A stretch of 64,000 bases of DNA. Origin: Parvibaculum sp. GTDB lineage: Bacteria > Pseudomonadota > Alphaproteobacteria > Parvibaculales > Parvibaculaceae. The stretch covers positions 64,361-128,360 of the forward strand of contig JAVJOG010000008.1 of assembly GCA_040216885.1 (NCBI GenBank). Direction: 5' to 3'. A model generated the notes under the pieces. That model was not told the origin of the DNA and did not search any database. It worked only from the letters and a program-made list of their open reading frames with translations. Shown here in pieces: positions 10,416-19,898 of this stretch. A program made the position numbers and the translations under genes. Position 1 is the stretch's first letter. Each line of letters opens with the position of its first letter.

Positions 10416-10557
10416 CGCGATGAACTCCTGTGGATGCGGGCTGCCCGAGACGGCGGCCGCCATTTCCGGTTGGGCTTTGAGGATCAGCATCATGTCCCGA
10501 TCCTTACCAATTCATGTCGGAAACATTACAAGTCTGTAAGGCGAAAAGATGGCGGCC

Positions 10558-11028
10558 TTATTCGGCCGTGTCCGGGCCGGTCAGTGCCGCCAGCCGCGCT
10601 TCTTCCTCGGCTGTGAGGCGAGCATTGGCGCCGGCGGTGCGTGCCCGGCGCATGGTCAGCAGGGCGATGCCGCCGCCGATCGCCAGCACCAGCCCCGGCG
10701 CCAGCCAGAGCAGCCAGGTCTCGGGCCGGAAAGGCGGGGTCATCAGCACGAAGTCGCCATAGCGGGCGACGACGAAATCGAAGACCTCCGCGTCGCTGTC
10801 GCCGGCCCGGATGCGGTCGCGCACCACCATGCGAAGGTCGCGCGCCAGTTCCGCGTCGGAATCGTCGATCGACTGGTTCTGGCAGACCATGCAACGAAGC
10901 TCTTTGGAAATTGCGCGGGCGCGGGCTTCGGCTTCGGGGTCGTCCAGCATCTCGCTCGGGTCGAGCGCGGCAAAGCCCGGCACGGCGAGCGCCAGCAGAA
11001 GAGCGAGCGCTGCGAGGCCCGCGCGCAC
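10558..11028 (-). CDS. ccmH: Cytochrome c biogenesis protein CcmH (CycL)
   Basis: LRCMVCQNQSIDDS motif, RYGDFVL and C-terminal TM; GTG start inferred. Confidence 0.93.
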   Translation of the reverse strand: MRAGLAALALLLALAVPGFAALDPSEMLDDPEAEARARAISKELRCMVCQNQSIDDSDAELARDLRMVVRDRIRAGDSDAEVFDFVVARYGDFVLMTPPFRPETWLLWLAPGLVLAIGGGIALLTMRRARTAGANARLTAEEEARLAALTGPDTAE

Positions 11029-11032
11029 CGGT

Positions 11033-13021
11033 CTATTCCGCCGCGGCAGGCCGGGCGCCCGCATGGGTCTTGGCGCTGACCGGCGCGCCGACGCGCAGGC
11101 GCCGGTCGGTCAGCGAAATGGCGCCGCCGAGCGCCATGATCATGCCGCCGATCCATATCCATGGCGCCAACGCATTGCGATAGGCGCGCACGACCCATTT
11201 GCCCTCGCCCGCCACATCGCCGAGCACGACATAAATGTCGGAGAGCAGGTTGGTGTGGATGCCGGCTTCGGTCTTTTCCTGGCGCTCGGCCGGGAAGCGG
11301 CGCTTCTCCGGCATCAGGCGCGCAACGAAGCGCTCACCACGGTCGATGCGCACGACGCCTGTCGTCGCCTCGAAATTCGGCCCGTCGCGCATGCCGACGG
11401 CTTCAAGCGTCAGCGTATAGCCGGCGAGTTCCGTGCTTTCGCCCGGCGCCAGCGCAACGATGGTTTCGGTGCGCCATGCGGTGACACCGACAATGCCGGC
11501 AACCGCGATCCCGAGGCCGCCATGTGCCAGCGCCATGCCCCATGCGGCGCGCGGCAGGCGGCGGGCGCGGCCGAGGCTCTCGGCCAGGGGCGCCGAAAAG
11601 AGTTTGGTTCGGTAGGCGATTTCCGATGCCGCGCCGGCAACGAGCCAGACGGCGAGCGCGATGCCGAGCGGCGCAAGCCAGGGCCCGCTCCACATGAAAC
11701 CGTAGGCAACCAGCATCGCGACGAAGGCGAGGCCGGCTGCCGCCATCAGGCGCTGGGCGGCCGCCTGAATGTCGGCGCGCTTCCATCCGAGCAAGGGCCC
11801 GAAAGGCACCAGCACCAGCAGGACGACAAAAATCGGCGCGAAGGTCAGATTGAAGAAGGTCGGGCCGACCGTGATTTTCGGCCCGTCCAGCGCATCGAGC
11901 AGCAGCGGATAGAGCGTACCGAAGAACACGGCAGCGGTCGCGGCGGCAAGCAGCAGGTTGTTGACCAGCAATGCGCCTTCCCTACTGACCGGCGCGAAAA
12001 TGCCGTCAGTCTTCAACAGCGGCGCACGCCAGGCATAAAGCGCCAGCGAACCGCCGACGAAGAAAATCAGAATGCCGAGAATGAAAATGCCGCGCTCGGG
12101 ATCGACGGCGAAGGCGTGAACCGATGTCAGGACGCCGGAGCGCACGAGGAAGGTGCCCAGCAGCGACAACGAAAAGGCGACGATGGCGAGCAGCAGCGTC
12201 CAGCTTTTCAGCGCCCCGCGCTTTTCGGCGACGATGGCCGAATGCAGCAGCGCCGTGCCGACGATCCACGGCATCAGCGAAGCGTTCTCGACCGGATCCC
12301 AGAACCAGAAACCGCCCCAACCGAGTGTGTAATAGGCCCACCACGAACCCATCGCGATGCCGATGGTCAGCGAAAGCCAGGCGGCGAGCGCCCAAGGCCG
12401 CACCCAGCGCGCCCAGCTGGCATCGACACGGCCTTCGAGCAGCGCCGCGACGGCGAAAGAAAACGTCATCGAGTAACCGACATAGCCGGCATAGAGCCAG
12501 GGCGGGTGAAAGGCGAGCGCGCGGTCCTGCAGCAGCGGGTTGAGCCCGGTGCCCTCGAAGGGCGCGGGGTCGAGCCGCTCGAACGGATTGGAGGTGAAGA
12601 CGATGAAAAGCAGGAAGGCGACCGCGATCGAGGCCTGCACCGACAACACGCGGGCGCGCAATGTCGCGGGGAGGTTGCCGCCGAACAGCGCCACCATCGC
12701 GCCGAACAGCGCGAGGATCAGCACCCAGAGAACCATCGAGCCTTCATGGTTCCCCCAGACGCCGGAAATCTTGTAGATCAGCGGCTTTGCCGAATGCGAA
12801 TTGTCGTAGGCGAGTTTCAGCGAGAAATCGGAAACGAGGAAGGCCCAGGTCAGCGCGGCGAAGGCGAGCAGCACCAGTGCAAACTGCACCAGCGCGGCGG
12901 GTTCCGCCACCGCCATCAGCGTCGCGTCGCGCCTGTGCGCGCCGAGCATCGGCGCCACCGTCTGCGCGACGGCGACGGCAAGCGCCAGTACCAGCGCGAA
13001 GTGGCCAATTTCGATAATCAT
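11033..13021 (-). CDS. ccmF: Heme lyase CcmF (CycK)
   Basis: WWD motif GSWWAYYTLGWGGFWFWDPVENASLMPW, WGNHEGS, SVHAFA. Confidence 0.97.
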   Translation of the reverse strand: MIIEIGHFALVLALAVAVAQTVAPMLGAHRRDATLMAVAEPAALVQFALVLLAFAALTWAFLVSDFSLKLAYDNSHSAKPLIYKISGVWGNHEGSMVLWVLILALFGAMVALFGGNLPATLRARVLSVQASIAVAFLLFIVFTSNPFERLDPAPFEGTGLNPLLQDRALAFHPPWLYAGYVGYSMTFSFAVAALLEGRVDASWARWVRPWALAAWLSLTIGIAMGSWWAYYTLGWGGFWFWDPVENASLMPWIVGTALLHSAIVAEKRGALKSWTLLLAIVAFSLSLLGTFLVRSGVLTSVHAFAVDPERGIFILGILIFFVGGSLALYAWRAPLLKTDGIFAPVSREGALLVNNLLLAAATAAVFFGTLYPLLLDALDGPKITVGPTFFNLTFAPIFVVLLVLVPFGPLLGWKRADIQAAAQRLMAAAGLAFVAMLVAYGFMWSGPWLAPLGIALAVWLVAGAASEIAYRTKLFSAPLAESLGRARRLPRAAWGMALAHGGLGIAVAGIVGVTAWRTETIVALAPGESTELAGYTLTLEAVGMRDGPNFEATTGVVRIDRGERFVARLMPEKRRFPAERQEKTEAGIHTNLLSDIYVVLGDVAGEGKWVVRAYRNALAPWIWIGGMIMALGGAISLTDRRLRVGAPVSAKTHAGARPAAAE

Positions 13022-13045
13022 GGCTCGATGATCATGGTTCGGCGG

Positions 13046-13528
13046 TCATGGATAGGCGCCCTGCCCGTATGTTTCCGAATGCGAGACTTCGGCGCCTTCG
13101 CCCTGCCAGTTGCCGGTGCGCTTCAGCGCGTCGACGACTTCGGGCGGCATGTAGGTCTCGTCGTGCTTGGCAAGCACCGTGTCGGCGGCGAAGCTTCCGT
13201 CTTCCAGCAACACGCCTTCCGCGACGACGCCCTGCCCTTCGCGAAAAAGGTCGGGCAGGATGCCACGATAGGAAACCCGGATCGTCTCGACCATGTCGGT
13301 GACCGCGAAGCGCGCGGCACCGTCGGCAAGCGTTTCGACCGAGCCCGCCTCCACAAGGCCGCCGAGGCGAATGCGCTGGCCGGCCGGGACTTCGCGTTCG
13401 ACGACGTCGCTCGGGCTGTGAAAGAAGACGATGTTGTCGCGCATCGCATAAAGCACCAGCCCGATGGCCAGTGCCAGAATGGCAAGACCGACGGCGATGA
13501 AAGCGGCGCGGCGCTGCTTGCGCGTCAT
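13046..13528 (-). CDS. ccmE: Heme chaperone CcmE (CycJ)
   Basis: LPDLFREGQGVVAEG and heme-binding LAKHDETYMPPEV. Confidence 0.96.
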   Translation of the reverse strand: MTRKQRRAAFIAVGLAILALAIGLVLYAMRDNIVFFHSPSDVVEREVPAGQRIRLGGLVEAGSVETLADGAARFAVTDMVETIRVSYRGILPDLFREGQGVVAEGVLLEDGSFAADTVLAKHDETYMPPEVVDALKRTGNWQGEGAEVSHSETYGQGAYP

Positions 13529-13662
13529 GGCGTTTCCTGTTTCCCGGGCGCTCTGTCGTCGACCGGAGAGGGGTGGACGGACAGAGGTATAGCGGGCCGA
13601 CAATAACCGATCAAACCGCTAAATGGTCGCGGTAACACGTGTTTTCCCGCTGAAATGGCGAT

Positions 13663-14595
13663 TCAAAGCCCCAATATCATGCGCGTTGCGGGGCCGGCGA
13701 TGCCGTCAGCGGTCAGCCCGTGCTCCTTCTGGAAAGACTTCAGCGCGCCTTCGAGCCCCGCGTCGAAGACACCATCGACATTGATCGCATAGCCATCCCT
13801 TACCAGCGCCTCTTCCAGCGCGCGGACATCGGCGCCGGTCATGTTGGGCTGCGTCAGGCGCAGGTTGCGCGTTGCGGCATCGACCGCCGAGACCGGAACC
13901 GGCGGCCGGTAGTCGAACACGGTCTTGTCGATGCGAACGCCGCGCACCGCGAGCGGCAGCGTCAGTTGCCAGTTTTTGGCGCCGATCAGCGCCTCGAAGG
14001 CATCCATCCTGTAGACGGTCTTGCCGAGCAGCGCATTCGAATGCGTCGCAAGCCAGTTTCGCCGCTCCTTCACATAGGCGGCAATCCAGCCGCGTTCGCC
14101 GGCTTTCGACGGCAGGCCGACTTTGGCCACCGTGCGGTCCCGCATCGCCGCCCACGAGCCGTGGATCGTGCTGTCGTAGACAACCGCGAGTGAAAGCGCT
14201 TCCGCGAGACCGAGCTTCGATGCCGCCTCGGCGGAGGGACGCCAGAAAACGCGGTCGAAAAAACTGTCTTGCGTGTCCTGCATCGCCGGGTCCGCACCGG
14301 CGTCTTTCAGCAGACCGCGAAAACTCATGTCGGTGTCAAGCCGCAGGTCGATGTCGGCGAGGCGTTCGAGATAGGGTTTCAGCGCGGCGGCATAGGCGGC
14401 ACCGGGCGTTGCGCAATAGGCCTTGATCAGCAGATAGAGATTGCCGCTGCCGAGCGTCGTCTGCGCCATGCCGTAGGTCAGGTGTCCGCTGTCGCCGGCA
14501 AGCAGCGTCACCCGGCCGTAGTCGCCGAGCGCCCGGCCCGTCTCGAAAATGTTGACGATGGCTTTTGCCGTCTGTTTCTGGATTTCGCTGAGCAT
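13663..14595 (-). CDS. Chitosanase (GH46)-like lysozyme-fold protein with C-terminal peptidoglycan-binding domain
   Basis: AIVNIFETG..GD.GHLTYG..QTT, YDSTIHG; C-terminal VDGVFD..L.SFQKEHGLTADGIAGPAT (PG_binding_1-like); GGAGG RBS; no signal peptide visible. Confidence 0.75.
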   Translation of the reverse strand: MLSEIQKQTAKAIVNIFETGRALGDYGRVTLLAGDSGHLTYGMAQTTLGSGNLYLLIKAYCATPGAAYAAALKPYLERLADIDLRLDTDMSFRGLLKDAGADPAMQDTQDSFFDRVFWRPSAEAASKLGLAEALSLAVVYDSTIHGSWAAMRDRTVAKVGLPSKAGERGWIAAYVKERRNWLATHSNALLGKTVYRMDAFEALIGAKNWQLTLPLAVRGVRIDKTVFDYRPPVPVSAVDAATRNLRLTQPNMTGADVRALEEALVRDGYAINVDGVFDAGLEGALKSFQKEHGLTADGIAGPATRMILGL

Positions 14596-14653
14596 GATCC
14601 CCCTCCGGCCTGAGTCGGCAACCATGCTAACCCGGCCGACAGGGAACCGGGGA

Positions 14654-15526
14654 TTACTTCCCGGCGGCTTCGGCCTCGACGGCGGCAATGCGCGCCTCGA
14701 CCGCCGCCGTCCAGGCCGCGTCTTCGGGGGCTTCGGCCAGCAGTGCCTTCCAGCGGCCGAGCGCGGCGTCGCGGCGGCCGTCATCGTAATCTGCGAGACC
14801 GAGGAAATATTGTGCGCGCGGTTCGACCGCATCGAGGGCGACGGCCTTTTCGAAGTCGGCCCTGGCGCCGGCCGTCACCCGGCCTTCGGCGGCCAGCACG
14901 CGCGCCTCGCCGCGCGCCGCCAGCCGTTCGGCCGTTGCACCGTCGAGGATCATCGCCCGCGTCCAGGCGCCCGCCGCGTCGTCGTAGCGGCCGAGACGCA
15001 GATAGGTGGGCGCGATCAGCTCCCAGCCTTGCAGGTCGTCCGGTTGCGCCTTCAGCCGCCGTTCGATGCGAACGACCAGGGCTTCGACCGGCAGGGTGTC
15101 GGCCGGCGCCGCGAGCCGCGCCGCGATCGGCCGGTCCGGCAGGCCGGGCGATCCTTCCTGCAGATAGATCGCCAAAGCAACCAGCGGCACGCCGAGCGCC
15201 AGCACTGCGGCCATGCCCTTGCGCCAACGCGGGTCGGCGGCTTCGCCCCGCCGCGCTGCCTCTTGCCGCATCTCGTCGGCGGCCAGGAGCCGCCTCGAAA
15301 CCTCGACGCGCGCCGCCTCGGCTTCGGCTTCGCCAATTACGCCCCGATCAACGTCGCGGACGATTTCGGCAAGCTGGTCGCGGTAGAGCGCGACCTCGCT
15401 TTCACCCCGATCGGCCGGGGTGCCGCCGATGGCCCGCAAGGGCCGGAGCAGCAGCGTCACGACGATGCCAGCCAGAAGCGCAAGCGCGACGAAGAGCGGA
15501 ATGTCGCCGGAAAATGCCAAGGACAC
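14654..15526 (-). CDS. ccmI: Cytochrome c biogenesis protein CcmI (CycH)
   Basis: YRDQLAEI.RDVDRG, RRLLAA, LYL..GSP.LPD.P and TPR region; position at the head of the ccm cluster. Confidence 0.9.
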   Translation of the reverse strand: MSLAFSGDIPLFVALALLAGIVVTLLLRPLRAIGGTPADRGESEVALYRDQLAEIVRDVDRGVIGEAEAEAARVEVSRRLLAADEMRQEAARRGEAADPRWRKGMAAVLALGVPLVALAIYLQEGSPGLPDRPIAARLAAPADTLPVEALVVRIERRLKAQPDDLQGWELIAPTYLRLGRYDDAAGAWTRAMILDGATAERLAARGEARVLAAEGRVTAGARADFEKAVALDAVEPRAQYFLGLADYDDGRRDAALGRWKALLAEAPEDAAWTAAVEARIAAVEAEAAGK

Positions 15527-15675
15527 GGTCTTTCGCGAAGGTCGGTTGCGGGACGCCCCTTGTATAGAGGCTCGCGCCGGTCCGCAAAAGCGGCGCAGGG
15601 ACGCAGGCCAGCTTTGCGGATCGGATCGGGGCGGCTAGGCTCCGGCGCAAATCGAAGAATCAGAGGGAGGCGCGC

Positions 15676-17835
15676 GTGCTGCGGATCGTCAAGGCAGGAG
15701 GATTGGGGATTGTCGGCATCGCGCTGACGGTTCTCGCTGTCATTCTGATCAGGGGCGCCATCGAGGCTCCCGGCCGCATCGATCCCGCACCGCTGATCGA
15801 GCGCGCGGCGGATTACGACGTGCTCATCCGCCGCGACGAATGGGGTGTGCCACATATTCTCGGGACGACTGACGCGGATGCCGCGTTCGGGGTCGGCTTC
15901 GCCCATGCCGAAGACGACTACGCAACAATCGAGGAAGTCGCCATTGCCACACGCGGCAAGCTCGCATCCGTGAAGGGCGAGAAGGCGGCGGTCAGCGACT
16001 ATCTCGTTCACCTGATGCGGGTGTGGGCAACGGTCGACGCGCGCTACGAAAACGACCTCAGCGCCGAAGTACGGCGCGTGATCGAGGCCTATGCGGACGG
16101 CGTCAATTACTACGCGGTCCTCAACCCGGACCGGGTGGTGCCCGGTTTCCTGCCGCTGACCGGCAAGGACGTCGCCGCCGGCTTCATGTTCAAGACGCCA
16201 TTTTTTTACGGTCTCGACAAAACGCTGACGGCGATTTTCGAAGGGCGGATCGGCAAGGCGGGCGGCCTTTCCAAGGAAGGTGTCGATGCGTTCCTGCCGA
16301 CGCAGACGCCGCTGCCCGTCGGCTCCAATGCCGTCGCGGTCAGCCCGGCGCGCTCGGCCGACGGCACGACCCGGCTCCTCGTCAATTCGCACCAGCCTTT
16401 CACCGGGCCCGTCGCCTGGTGGGAGGCCGTGGTGCGCAGCGAGGAAGGCTGGCATGTGGCCGGCGGTTTCTTTCCCGGCACACCGTTCATGTTGCATGGA
16501 CACAACCGGCATCTGGGCTGGGCCAACACGGTCAACGAGCCCGATCTCATCGACGTCTATGCGCTGACGCTCAATCCCGACAATGAGGACCAGTATCTGC
16601 TCGACGGCGAATGGCGCGACTTCGAAAAACGGGTGGCCGAAATTCGCGTCGACCTCTGGGGGCCTTTCTGGTGGACGGCGGCGCGCGACGTTCTGTTCTC
16701 GGAGCACGGGCCAGTTCTGAAGACCGACGGAGGCGCCTATGCCGTGCGCTATGCCGGGATGGGAGAGATCCGGCAGGTCGAGCAATATTACGCGCTCAAC
16801 AAGGCGACGCAGCTCGGCGAATGGATCGAGGCGATGAAGCTGCAGACGCTGCCGAGCATCAATTACATCTATGCCGACCGGCAGGGAAATATCGCCTATG
16901 TCTACAACGCGCAGTTTCCGGCGCGCGCCGAAGGGCCGGACTGGTCGGGCGTCGTCGCCGGCGACGATTCAAGCCTGATCTGGCAACGTTACCTGCCTTT
17001 CGAGGCAGTACCGAAGCTCTTCAACCCCAATTCCGGCTACCTCTACAATGCCAACAACACGCCGTTCCGCGCGACCGCACCGCGCGACAATCTGCTGGCG
17101 GAGCAATTCGCCGCATCGATGGGCATTCAGACCGATATGACCAACCGTGCGATGCGCGCCGAGGAAACATGGGGTGCCGACCGGTCGATCACGGCCGAGG
17201 AGTTCCGCAGCTACAAATACGATCTGAAATACAGCGACAACTCGGAAATGGCGCGGCTGATCGACAAGGTGTTGCAGGTGGATGCCAATGGCGATGCAGA
17301 TCTCGCCGAGGCGCAGCGCATCCTGGCCGGCTGGGACCGCGTGACGAACCAGGAGAGCCGCGGCGCGGCGCTGGGTGTGTTGATGGCGGAGCCCGTTGTG
17401 CGTGCCGGCTTGCAGGGGCACGAACCGCCCGCCGCGCTCGACACGCTGCGCAACGCCATTGCGACGCTGAAAACCCATCACGACCGTCTCGACCCGCTCT
17501 GGGGCGACGTCAACCGGCTCCGGCGCGGCGATGCCGATCTCCCCGTCGATGGCGGACCGGACACGCTGCGCGCGATCTATGGCGGGCTCGAAGCGGACGG
17601 CACGTTGACGGCGCGCGGCGGCGACACGTTGATCATGTTCGTCGAATGGGACCGGCAGGGACGGCTGACGTCGGAAAGCATCCACCAGTTCGGTACCGCG
17701 ACCCTCGACGAAAGCTCGCCGCATTATGCCGATCAGGCGCCGCTCTTTGCCGCCATGCGGACAAAGCCCGTGCGTTTCGAGGAAGAAGATCTCGATGGTC
17801 ATATCGCGGAGAGCTACAGGCCCGGCCAGCGGTAA
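15676..17835 (+). CDS. Penicillin acylase family (Ntn hydrolase; possibly AHL or cephalosporin acylase)
   Basis: N-terminal TM/signal, IRRDEWGVPHI, nucleophile GSNAVAV, NSHQP, SPHYADQ. Confidence 0.9.
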   Translation: MLRIVKAGGLGIVGIALTVLAVILIRGAIEAPGRIDPAPLIERAADYDVLIRRDEWGVPHILGTTDADAAFGVGFAHAEDDYATIEEVAIATRGKLASVKGEKAAVSDYLVHLMRVWATVDARYENDLSAEVRRVIEAYADGVNYYAVLNPDRVVPGFLPLTGKDVAAGFMFKTPFFYGLDKTLTAIFEGRIGKAGGLSKEGVDAFLPTQTPLPVGSNAVAVSPARSADGTTRLLVNSHQPFTGPVAWWEAVVRSEEGWHVAGGFFPGTPFMLHGHNRHLGWANTVNEPDLIDVYALTLNPDNEDQYLLDGEWRDFEKRVAEIRVDLWGPFWWTAARDVLFSEHGPVLKTDGGAYAVRYAGMGEIRQVEQYYALNKATQLGEWIEAMKLQTLPSINYIYADRQGNIAYVYNAQFPARAEGPDWSGVVAGDDSSLIWQRYLPFEAVPKLFNPNSGYLYNANNTPFRATAPRDNLLAEQFAASMGIQTDMTNRAMRAEETWGADRSITAEEFRSYKYDLKYSDNSEMARLIDKVLQVDANGDADLAEAQRILAGWDRVTNQESRGAALGVLMAEPVVRAGLQGHEPPAALDTLRNAIATLKTHHDRLDPLWGDVNRLRRGDADLPVDGGPDTLRAIYGGLEADGTLTARGGDTLIMFVEWDRQGRLTSESIHQFGTATLDESSPHYADQAPLFAAMRTKPVRFEEEDLDGHIAESYRPGQR

Positions 17836-17836
17836 G

Positions 17837-19666
17837 CTAAAGGATCGCGCTTTCCTGCGCCGGCGCGTCGCGGCCGACGATGCGCGACAGCGGCAGGTCG
17901 ACATAGACTGTCGTGCCTGCATCGACTTCGCTTTCGATGGTCAGCGTGCCGCCATGCAGTTCGGTCAGATGCTTGGCGAGCGGCAGGCCGAGCCCCGTGC
18001 CTTCATGGGTGCGCGACAATGAACCGTCGACCTGGGTGAACGGCGTCAGCGCGCGCGGGATGTCGTGCTCGGCGATACCGATGCCCTTGTCGATGACGGC
18101 GATGCGCAGGCTCTCGGCACAAACCCGCGCCTCGATCCTGACCGTACTTCCATCGGGGCTGAACTTTACCGCGTTCGACACGAGGTTGATGAGGACCTGC
18201 TTCAGCGCCCGCTCGTCGGCGACGAGAAAGAGCGATGGCGCCGGCAAATCGGTTTCGATCGAAATGCGCGCCTGCTGGGCGCGATGATGCACGATGCGGG
18301 TCGCCGCCTGGACCACGCGATCGAGTTCGGTTTCGTCCTCGTGCAGCTTGAAGTGACCTGCCTCGATTTTCGAGAGATCGAGAATGTCGTTGATCAAGCT
18401 CAGCAGGTGAACGCCGCTGTCGTGAATGTCTTCGGCATATTCGCGGTAACGCGGATTGCCGACCGGGCCGAAGAGTTCGCGTTCCAGCGCTTCCGAAAAG
18501 CCGATGATGGCATTCAGCGGCGTCCTGAGTTCATGGCTCATGTTGGCCAGGAATTCCGACTTCGATCGGCTCGCCGCCGTCGCCTGGTCGCGCGCCTCGC
18601 GCAGCGTCTCGGCTTCCTTGTGACGCGCGGTCACATCCTGAATGCCGATCAGCAGCGCCGCGCGGCCTTGGAACCGCACCGTCGCCGCCGACACGAGCGC
18701 CCATATCGCCGAGCCGTCGCGCCGCGTCAGACGGAACTCGACCGGTGCGCCGGCGCGGCCGCTGACCAGCAGGCGCTCAAGGCGAGCATCGAGATTTTCC
18801 TCGGTAAAGAGGGTGCGAACGTCGAAGCCCCTCGCGTCCTCCTCGGAAATATCGAAAAGTTTCAGCGCCGCGATGTTTGCCTGCACCAGCTTGTAGTCGG
18901 CCGGATCGACCAGCGAAATCGGCAGCGGTGCCGCATAAAAGAGGCTCTGAAAGCTTTCTTCGGTGGCACGCACGGCCTGTTCGGCTTCGCGCCGCACTTC
19001 GACTTCGCGCTTCAACTGGTCGTAGAGCTCCTGCTGGCGGACCAGCGTCAGAAAACCGTTGCGCCGCAGCCGGTTCGCGGCGCGCACCATCTCGACGCCG
19101 ATCGCGTTGACGACGGCGAAAAGCGCGGCGATCTGCGCGAGCGCGGCCCCCGGCACGTCGGCCAGCCACGGGCAGATCGCCACGAAGACGATGCTCAGCG
19201 CGAGTGAATTGGCAAGCGTCGCGCGCAGCGCCGTCGGCATACTGACATAGAAGGCAAAGATGACGACGACCACGGCGAGCAGGCTGGCTGCGAAATCGGC
19301 TTGGCCGAGCACCAGCGAAGTGGGCGCGACAATGGCGACCAGCACCTGCGTGGTCGTCGCGCAGCGCAGGAACTTCCGGTTGTCGTCATAGGATGTGAAA
19401 CGCTTGAGGGCGATGAGGGCGACTGCGAGCGTTGCAAGCCGGCCCGCCGTCAGCGCCGCGAACGCCCAGCCGAAACCGATCAGCAGAAAGTCGAAGACGG
19501 CCCAGCCGACAAAGATATAAATGGCGATCAGGACGGCGCGCAGACGGGAGCGCGTTTCTGCCCAGTTGGCGCGCGCATAGGTCTCTTCGAGCGCCCGGTC
19601 GGCGAATTCGCCGGTCCAACGGAACGCGCGCTCGACCGGCGGCGCGGCCGAGCCGGATTCGGGCAT
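17837..19666 (-). CDS. Membrane-bound PAS histidine kinase, PleC/DivJ (PdhS)-like
   Basis: About 6 TM segments, PAS/PAC domain, H-box SKSEFLANMSHELRTPLNAIIGFSE, GTGLGLPL. Confidence 0.9.
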   Translation of the reverse strand: MPESGSAAPPVERAFRWTGEFADRALEETYARANWAETRSRLRAVLIAIYIFVGWAVFDFLLIGFGWAFAALTAGRLATLAVALIALKRFTSYDDNRKFLRCATTTQVLVAIVAPTSLVLGQADFAASLLAVVVVIFAFYVSMPTALRATLANSLALSIVFVAICPWLADVPGAALAQIAALFAVVNAIGVEMVRAANRLRRNGFLTLVRQQELYDQLKREVEVRREAEQAVRATEESFQSLFYAAPLPISLVDPADYKLVQANIAALKLFDISEEDARGFDVRTLFTEENLDARLERLLVSGRAGAPVEFRLTRRDGSAIWALVSAATVRFQGRAALLIGIQDVTARHKEAETLREARDQATAASRSKSEFLANMSHELRTPLNAIIGFSEALERELFGPVGNPRYREYAEDIHDSGVHLLSLINDILDLSKIEAGHFKLHEDETELDRVVQAATRIVHHRAQQARISIETDLPAPSLFLVADERALKQVLINLVSNAVKFSPDGSTVRIEARVCAESLRIAVIDKGIGIAEHDIPRALTPFTQVDGSLSRTHEGTGLGLPLAKHLTELHGGTLTIESEVDAGTTVYVDLPLSRIVGRDAPAQESAIL

Positions 19667-19898
19667 AGCTTCTCCGGCCGTGTCCTCGGACCCCCTCACG
19701 CGGCTTCCCTTCCCACAAATGGCCCCGGTCGACGTGTCTCCCCACCCGTCGAGTGCCGGTACAATACGGGTCAAAGCCTAAATAAAATGCAAAATTCGCC
19801 TGGGGCGGCCTTTCTCGAAACCGGCGCGCCGCCTATCGTTTCGGCACCTGTCCGGTGTACGAAAACGAGACAGGACAATCGATCGGGAGACAGACGAC

